A DNA stretch of 64,000 bases, taken from positions 9,734,001-9,798,000 of the forward strand of contig OZ024741.1 in the NCBI GenBank assembly GCA_964016885.1, in the 5' to 3' direction. Source of the DNA: Eledone cirrhosa (taxonomy: Eukaryota). The notes beneath the pieces are model-generated. The model did no database searches and was not told the DNA's origin. It saw nothing but the letters and a program-made list of their open reading frames with translations. Both the position numbers and the translations under genes were made by a program. This document shows, piece after piece, positions 57,153 to 64,000 of the stretch; the stretch's first letter is position 1; every line of letters begins with the position of its first letter.

Positions 57153-57977
57153 TTATGTAGCCCCATTTTTACTTGTAGCTAATAAGTTAAATTGCTATGA
57201 ATAACTCGATAATTATAAGTTACCTCCCCTACATTGTCTCTCAATTAAAATAATTTAAAAATTAGCACTTAACTATAAACACCCACAATTTCTAATCTCT
57301 CGAGAAGTTACTTCCCCTGAAACCACCCTCTAATTAGTAAGGTAAATATGCCCTTTGGCAGCCATCTTGTTACCCATAGGCAGATCTCACACAATGCACC
57401 TGGACAGATGAATACTACTTGATTATGGCTGACAACTGATGCAACCAAGACACCATAGTAAAAACCAATATATGGAACATTATATTATGTAACATTATCC
57501 CATTATTTTAATTTATATTCCTTTGAAGTTTCGATGAGCCACTCTGTTTTTTAAATATGAGTTCAAATCCCGCCGAGGTTGACTTTGCCTTTCATCCTTA
57601 CGGGGTCGATAAAATAAAGTACCAGTAATGCACTGGGTAATTTGCTGGCCTGGTGCCTAAAGTAGAAACAATTATTATCAATATTATTATTATTATTCTC
57701 TACATTCCTTACATCAAACTAAAATATGTTGACAATCTTTTAATAATGTCTTCCTTGTGAAATTCGTGGCCTTGTTTTGCTTAACTAATGAATATTTCCA
57801 GCTCTGCGCACCTAACTTCTGCATGAACCCAGCCACCTAGCTGCTTTCTACTGCATACTGCACATTGAGCACATGCCTTTACGCTTTGGCTTCTAACTAA
57901 CTCACCAATCTCTCCTCTCATATCTCCTCTACTATCTCCCTCTCTCTCTTTAAGATTGGTTACTCTTGAACTGTGTG

Positions 57978-58113
<136 letters not shown>

Positions 58114-58337
58114 ACAACTAGAAATTGATTAACATATAAATAAACATATGAAACAATCACAGGGGATAATTTTTACAAGTGTGTAAGCACACATAGCTAT
58201 GTAGGTAACTAAATAAAGTTAACTAGAACTTCAAAAATAGATACCTTATAATATGATTAATCTTCCCTGTATATATTCCATTAAAGAAATATATTTCAAT
58301 ATATATATGTATATATATGTATATATGTATATGTATA

Positions 58338-58823
58338 TATTGACCTGCTGATGTGTGGTATATTGCCATAGAGATCTTATTTGTTGGGTGTTACCTCCAA
58401 GACACGTTTAAAGCAGCGCGGAGCATACGTGTGTGTGTGTGTGCTCCGTCTAGCTTTTTCTCCAGTTTCAACGTTAGCGTCCAAGTGACAGAGCCATAAA
58501 CAAGCACAGACTCCACAGCAGCTCTGAAGAAATTCCTTTTCAGTTTGGCCGGCAGGTTTGATTTCCAAATCTTTTCCATTGCATTCAATGCTCCCCATGC
58601 TTTTCCCACTGTTGGCGCAGCAAGGAAGAAATAGCAAGTAATGTGTTGTTATGGAGTCCATCTCATGGAGCAAGACACGCTGGTCATCCCAAGAAGACAT
58701 ACGTCAAGCAACTTGAGGATGATACTGGATGCACTGCGGAAGAACTGGCAAACGCTATGAGAGACAGAGATGGATGGAGGAAGCGTGTCGTAGAAAGCCG
58801 AGCAAGCTCGACCTGATGATGAT
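58338..58823. mobile_element. RTE-clade LINE 3' fragment with a 5' inversion
   Basis: Minus strand 58338-58606 encodes [28 protein letters not shown]. Plus strand 58607-58823 encodes [33 protein letters not shown], followed by (TGA)n. Confidence 0.85.
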
Positions 58824-59549
58824 ATGTATGTATATGTGTGTATATGTAAATGTATATATATATATAATGTATATATATATATATATAATGAATTCACTGG
58901 CCAAAATAGGGGTTTTCTCCCCTTAGATTCACGCATGTGCTTTCATAACCTGCAAGAGTCTGCCGACAGAAGAACAAATATCCGTTGAGAAAGCGATGCC
59001 TTGTTCGGTCTCTATACCAAAAGCTTATTTTTATAAGCAGACAGTATTATTGATTTAGGCGTTGCAGAAACCCACTTTCGGAGCATTCCATCTTCCAATG
59101 AAGGGTCCGGGTAAATATTTCAATCATATCTCATTTTGTTTGACCCGTTTTAGCTTGTTCGCTTCTTTGGCTATGGTGGTTAATGGCTTCTTAACCATCG
59201 TCTCAGCGTGTATGAGCATTTTAACTTATGTTTATAGTTCTGGTATCTTCTTCAGTTCCATCGAGCGCTTGTCAGCACAATATTGAAGTTGCGTTTCGCT
59301 AATTTCTACCCGCCGAAATGCGATTCTCGCTAAATTATATATATATATATATATATATAGGAACGAGTAGGACACCGACGGCTGAGCTCAAGCCGTTTCG
59401 ACGGCTAATTCTGGACTCAGAATTAGCCGTCGAAATGGCTTGAGCTCAGCCGTCGGGGTCCTACTCGTTCCTATTACCCACTCTACTACCCTAAGTATTG
59501 AGTACTTTGGTGCGTTATGGTCTACCTGGTTCCTTACCACATTTCTTCG

Positions 59550-59611
<62 letters not shown>

Positions 59612-59874
59612 GGAAAAAATGAAACGATATTTCATTTCCCACTCTTAGTACGGCTGTTACTTAAATATAAGTATGTACACGTACATACATATATGTATAC
59701 CGACGTACAGTAGTATGTATATATATATATACATACATGCACACATATATATATGCACGTATGGATTCACCGAACATTTATTATAATGCTCGGTGTGTTT
59801 GTAAACAAACATCCCGTATTAAGCCGTAGTGTCTAGCAACCACCGTTGCTCGTTTGTTCAACACTGACAAAGGA

Positions 59875-59917
59875 ACGCTGTACTAGTTTCAAGCTTGTTA
59901 GCTATCGTCAGCAACGT
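59875..59917 (-). ncRNA. Type I hammerhead ribozyme
   Basis: Minus strand: acgttg-CTGACGA-t agct aaca agct t-GAAA-ctag-TA-cagcgt. Confidence 0.82.
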
Positions 59918-60125
59918 ATAGCTTCCTGCCAGATTGTTGAACGTATATACTTACCTTATGCATATTAACGGCTGAGTAGCCCAATTTGCATATCGAGTGG
60001 GTTAATCGGCCGGGTGCACCGAAAACGATAAACGGAAAAAATGACTTATGTGTGTATTTTGATTGTTCATACCATATATGTGGCAGAATATACAGAAGTG
60101 GATACACGAGATATCTAAGAGCTCA

Positions 60126-60430
60126 TTCTTCTTCTTCTTCTTCTTCTTCTTCTTCTTCTTCTTCTTCTTCTTCTTCTTCTTCTTCTTCTTCTTCTTCTTC
60201 TTCTTCTTCTTCTTCTTCTTCTTCTTCTTCTTCTTCTTCTTCTTCTTCTTCTTCTTCTTCTTCTTCTTCTTCCTGATAAGGTCATGGGGGGCAGAGTCCT
60301 CAAACACCCCCTCCAGTGGGTCCTGTCAGAAGCAACCGACTCCAACTGATCCGGCTGGCTCCCCACCCGAGACCAGGCAAGCTCATGTATGTTATCCAAC
60401 CATCTTGCTCGGGGGTCTACCCCTGGGATT
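60126..60430 (-). mobile_element. RTE-type LINE 3' end with a pure (GAA)~49 tail
   Basis: Minus strand encodes PRGRP..RWLDNIHEL..VASDRTHWR and runs directly into (GAA)n at 60126-60272. Confidence 0.75.
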
Positions 60431-60797
60431 CTTTGAGAATCTGAAAGATATTATTTATTGATAGTGTTATTTCCCCAACCTGGGTGAGCTAAGAACCTGA
60501 CACTCTTTGTGGACACCAGGAACAACCATACCAAGAAGATGTTCCAGCGCGTCTCCCTTGCCGCCCTCCGGAGAAACGCCTTCTCCATTCTGTCCGCCGC
60601 CGGGGGGGGCTGTGGAGAGACAAGCCGATTATATTACGAATTCTGTTGAATCGTGTTCCTATATACTGACCAAGGGTGGTGCTTGACAGCCACATTCTGG
60701 CAGTCGGCCGATAGTGGACGCTATCAATCACAGCTATACAAAGCTATATAACTGAAAAGAAAGTTTTACTTAGCCTTTTATTTTACAATTATTTTTC

Positions 60798-60907
60798 TTA
60801 AATACAAGAAGCTGTACTACATGTCTTTGTCCTGTCTAATGGAGGTTTCACTGAAACAGGAGAGCTGGCCAGCTGGGGGAGACAACTCTGCATCTCATAT
60901 TCAACAT
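60798..60907 (-). CDS. Candidate terminal coding exon of an unidentified host gene
   Basis: caacAG acceptor, then the open frame (D)VEYEMQSCLPQLASSPVSVKPPLDRTKTCSTASCI-TAA. AATAAA at 60777-60782. No homology recognised. Confidence 0.3.
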
Positions 60908-60960
60908 CTGTTGATTTTAATAGTCATCATCATGATTGTCGTCGTCGTTATCATCATCAA

Positions 60961-61809
60961 AACCACCACCACCACCACCACCACCACCACCACCATCACG
61001 ACCACCATCACCACCACGACCACCATCACCATCACCATCACCACTACCACCTTCACCATCACCATCACCACCACCACCACCACCACCATCACCACCACGA
61101 CCACCATCACCATCACCATCACCACCACCACCTTCACCATCACCATCACCACCACCACCACCACCACCACCATCACCACCACGACCACCATCACCACCAC
61201 CATCACCACTATCACCACCACCACTACCATCACCACAACCACCACCACAACCACCACAACCACCACCACCACCATCACCACAACCACCACCACAATCACC
61301 ACCACCACCACCACCACCATCACCACCACCATCACCACTATCACCACCACCACTACCATCACCACAACCACCACCACAACCACCACCACAACCACCACCA
61401 CAATCACCACCACCACCACAACCACCACCACAACCACCACCACAACCACCACAACCACCACCACCACCATCACCACAACCACCACCACAATCACCACCAC
61501 CACCACCACCACCATCACCACCACCATCACCACTATCACCACCACCACTACCATCACCACAACCACCACCACAACCACCACCACAACCACCACCACAATC
61601 ACCACCACCACCACAACCACCACCACAACCACCACCACAATCACCACCACCACCACCACCACCACCACCACCACCACCACAACCACCACCACAACCACCA
61701 CCACAATCACCACCACCACCACCACCACCACCACAACCACCACAACCACCACCACCACCACCACCACCACCACCGCCACTACAACCACAACCACCACCAC
61801 CACCACCAC
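60961..61809. repeat. (ACC/ACA/ATC)n trinucleotide microsatellite
   Basis: Direct sequence. Confidence 0.95.
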
Positions 61810-61819
61810 TTTGTAATAT

Positions 61820-61930
61820 CCACCCCTCAAGGAGATGATAGACAAAGTAGACCTCAGCGGGATTTGAACTCAGAACATAAAAGACCGGAACAAACTCAGC
61901 TAATCGTTTGTCCGGCGCTCTAACGACTCA
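61820..61930 (-). mobile_element. SINE family 1 fragment
   Basis: gacaaagtagacctcagcgggatttgaactcagaac. Another decayed copy lies at about 26540-26692. Confidence 0.7.
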
Positions 61931-62175
61931 ACGACTAATTATGATAATGAACAACAGTTAGAGACGCATGTTAACACTGATTAGTGAATTTCCTGTTTCC
62001 TAAATGGAACTTCCTCTCATCAAGTCACGTGACATTACAGAGTTCTAGTCCCAGTAACAATTGTTATGTCACTAAATCTCCAGATCAATTGTTGAGTTAA
62101 CTAGGGACACCTTCCTTTCTTCTTGCTAGTTCTGTCACCTACACAATATTACTGCTGCCAATAGAGTGACAATGT

Positions 62176-62245
<70 letters not shown>

Positions 62246-62332
62246 TGTGTGAGTGTGTGTGTATGTGTGTGTGTGAGTGTGTATGTGTGTGTGTGAGTGT
62301 GTATGTGTGTGAGTGTGTATGTGTGTGTGTGT

Positions 62333-62366
<34 letters not shown>

Positions 62367-62566
62367 TCCGACATAGCGTCATACACATATAATGTATGTG
62401 TTGTATACAGGATGTTTATGAAAAACAATTGACAACGTTCCGCTATCAATATTTAAGGTTGTGACCACAGTCACACATCCTTAGTCTTAACAAAAACAAG
62501 GGGAAGTAACCGACAACGATGTTCCCCATTGTAAGTGATTGTCACGACTATATATCCACCTGTGAA

Positions 62567-62706
62567 GGTGCATGGCTTAGTGGTTATAGCATTGGGCTTG
62601 TAATCGAAAGGTTGTGAGTTAAATTCTCGGACCGGGTGATGTGTTGTCTCCTTGAGCAAGACACTTTATTTCACGTTGCTCCAGTTTACTCAGCTGTAGA
62701 AATGAG
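62567..62706 (+). mobile_element. tRNA-derived SINE (family 2)
   Basis: A box tggcttagtgg, B-box-like gagttaaattc and the core ccttgagcaagacactttatttcacgttgctccag. Confidence 0.85.
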
Positions 62707-62977
62707 ATGATAGGACTGGGGTCCTTATCATTAAATTACCCAAGACACCTCCAATGAGATATACCTTGGAGGAGGCCAGCTAAACCTGCATAGGTGTGAG
62801 CTGTCACACACACACATAGGTGTGAGCTGTCACACACACATATCCACCTAGTTTCTGCTGAGACAAAAATAAGCTAGAATCTTACAGATATCTCGTCTAT
62901 GTATATGAGCTGATGAAGCTAATTTGCATAAGGAGCGGTAACTGACCAGGCTTAAATTAAAAAATTACTATTGGTGC

Positions 62978-63445
62978 TTCAACATAGCGTTATACACAGA
63001 TATGTGGTATACATTCAACATAGCGTTATACACAGATATGTGGTATACATTCAACATAGCGTTACACACAGATATGTGGTATACATTCAACATAGCATTA
63101 TACACATATATGTGGTATACATTCAACATAGCGTTATACACAGATATGTGGTATACATTCAACATAGCGTTATACACAGATATGTGGTATACATTCAACA
63201 TAGCGTTATACACAGATATGTGGTATACATTCAACATAGCGTTACACACAGATATGTGGTATACATTCAACATAGCGTTATATACAGATATGTGGTATAT
63301 ATTCAACATAGCGTTATACACAGATATGTGGTATACATTCAATATAGCGTTACACACAGATATGTGGTATACATTCAACATAGCGTTATACACAGATATG
63401 TGGTATATATTCAACATAGCGTTATACACAGATATGTATATGTGG
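62978..63445. repeat. 36-bp minisatellite, about 13 units
   Basis: ttcaacatagcgttatacacagatatgtggtataca repeated in tandem. Confidence 0.95.
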
Positions 63446-63832
63446 TATTCAGTATATCTATGATAAACATTTGATAGACTTTCGCTATGAATTTTATACA
63501 CACACAGACACACTGACACAGACACACACACACACAAACTGATACATACATACACACACATACACACACACAGAGACACACTCATACATTCACACATACA
63601 TACACACATACACACACACACACATACACACTCATACATACACACATACACACACACTACACACTCGCACACATACGCACATACACAAACATATTCATAC
63701 ATACACACATACACGCTCACACAGAGACACACTCATACATACACACAAACATACACACACACACACACACACAAACACACTCATACACACTACACACACA
63801 CATACACACACACACACACGCATATATATATA

Positions 63833-63960
63833 TTCTGATGATTTCTCCCGAATGAAACAGTTCTAGTCCTGTAGAAGCCTTTCTATATTACATTTTTATA
63901 CTCTGTTATATATTGAGTACCTTACTTACTGTGGTTACCCCAGATAGAACCCGGGATATA

Positions 63961-63963
<3 letters not shown>
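63833..63963 (+). mobile_element. Family A element truncated just 5' of the HHR core
   Basis: (TA)n-tt-CTGATGA-tttctcccgaat-GAAA-cagttctagtcctg-TA-gaagcc...tail-(TA)n. Confidence 0.85.

Positions 63964-64000
<37 letters not shown>

Larger units (their letters stand above)
54909..57757. mobile_element. Penelope-like element 3' portion as a large inverted duplication
   Basis: Left arm 54909-56342 is the reverse complement of right arm 56519-57757, which lacks about 55101-55301. The spacer encodes upstream PLE residues RNRPRNITWLN...SKHFLPNHRYYKHFNKNNIKISFS. Confidence 0.9.

Noticed and set aside
58813-58823. CTGATGA heptamer
   Set aside because: It is the RTE stop codon plus the (TGA)n tail, with no GAAA or stems.
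58870-59335. Unique-looking island between (TA)n tracts whose end matches 30909-30950 in reverse complement
   Set aside because: It is probably another repeat family, but I could not support any ORF, ribozyme or terminal structure.

Overview
This is a repeat-saturated animal genomic window. It is probably a coleoid cephalopod (octopus-like), inferred from the SINE families and the density of (TA)n/(CA)n/(TATC)n tracts. No intact host gene is evident. It contains a decayed autonomous Helitron (1-5143), non-autonomous Helitrons, a CR1/L2-type LINE, two arrays of Tx1-like (L1 clade) LINEs sitting only in (TATC)n, RTE fragments, tRNA-derived SINEs, MITEs and several mini/microsatellites. It also has a 2.85-kb palindromic Penelope-like element (PLE) remnant encoding a GIY-YIG endonuclease. 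The main signal is a swarm of about 18 hand-folded type I hammerhead ribozyme (HHR) motifs, from at least 10 sequence-unrelated families. Most sit in short hairpin-shaped elements in or beside (TA)n tracts. Most have a palindromic stem III that differs between families. Several fold-back axes or truncation points coincide with ribozyme stems or the CUGANGA core. One HHR lies in the 3' end of the GIY-YIG PLE, which suggests the small elements are PLE derivatives. All folds were read by eye and none was computed.
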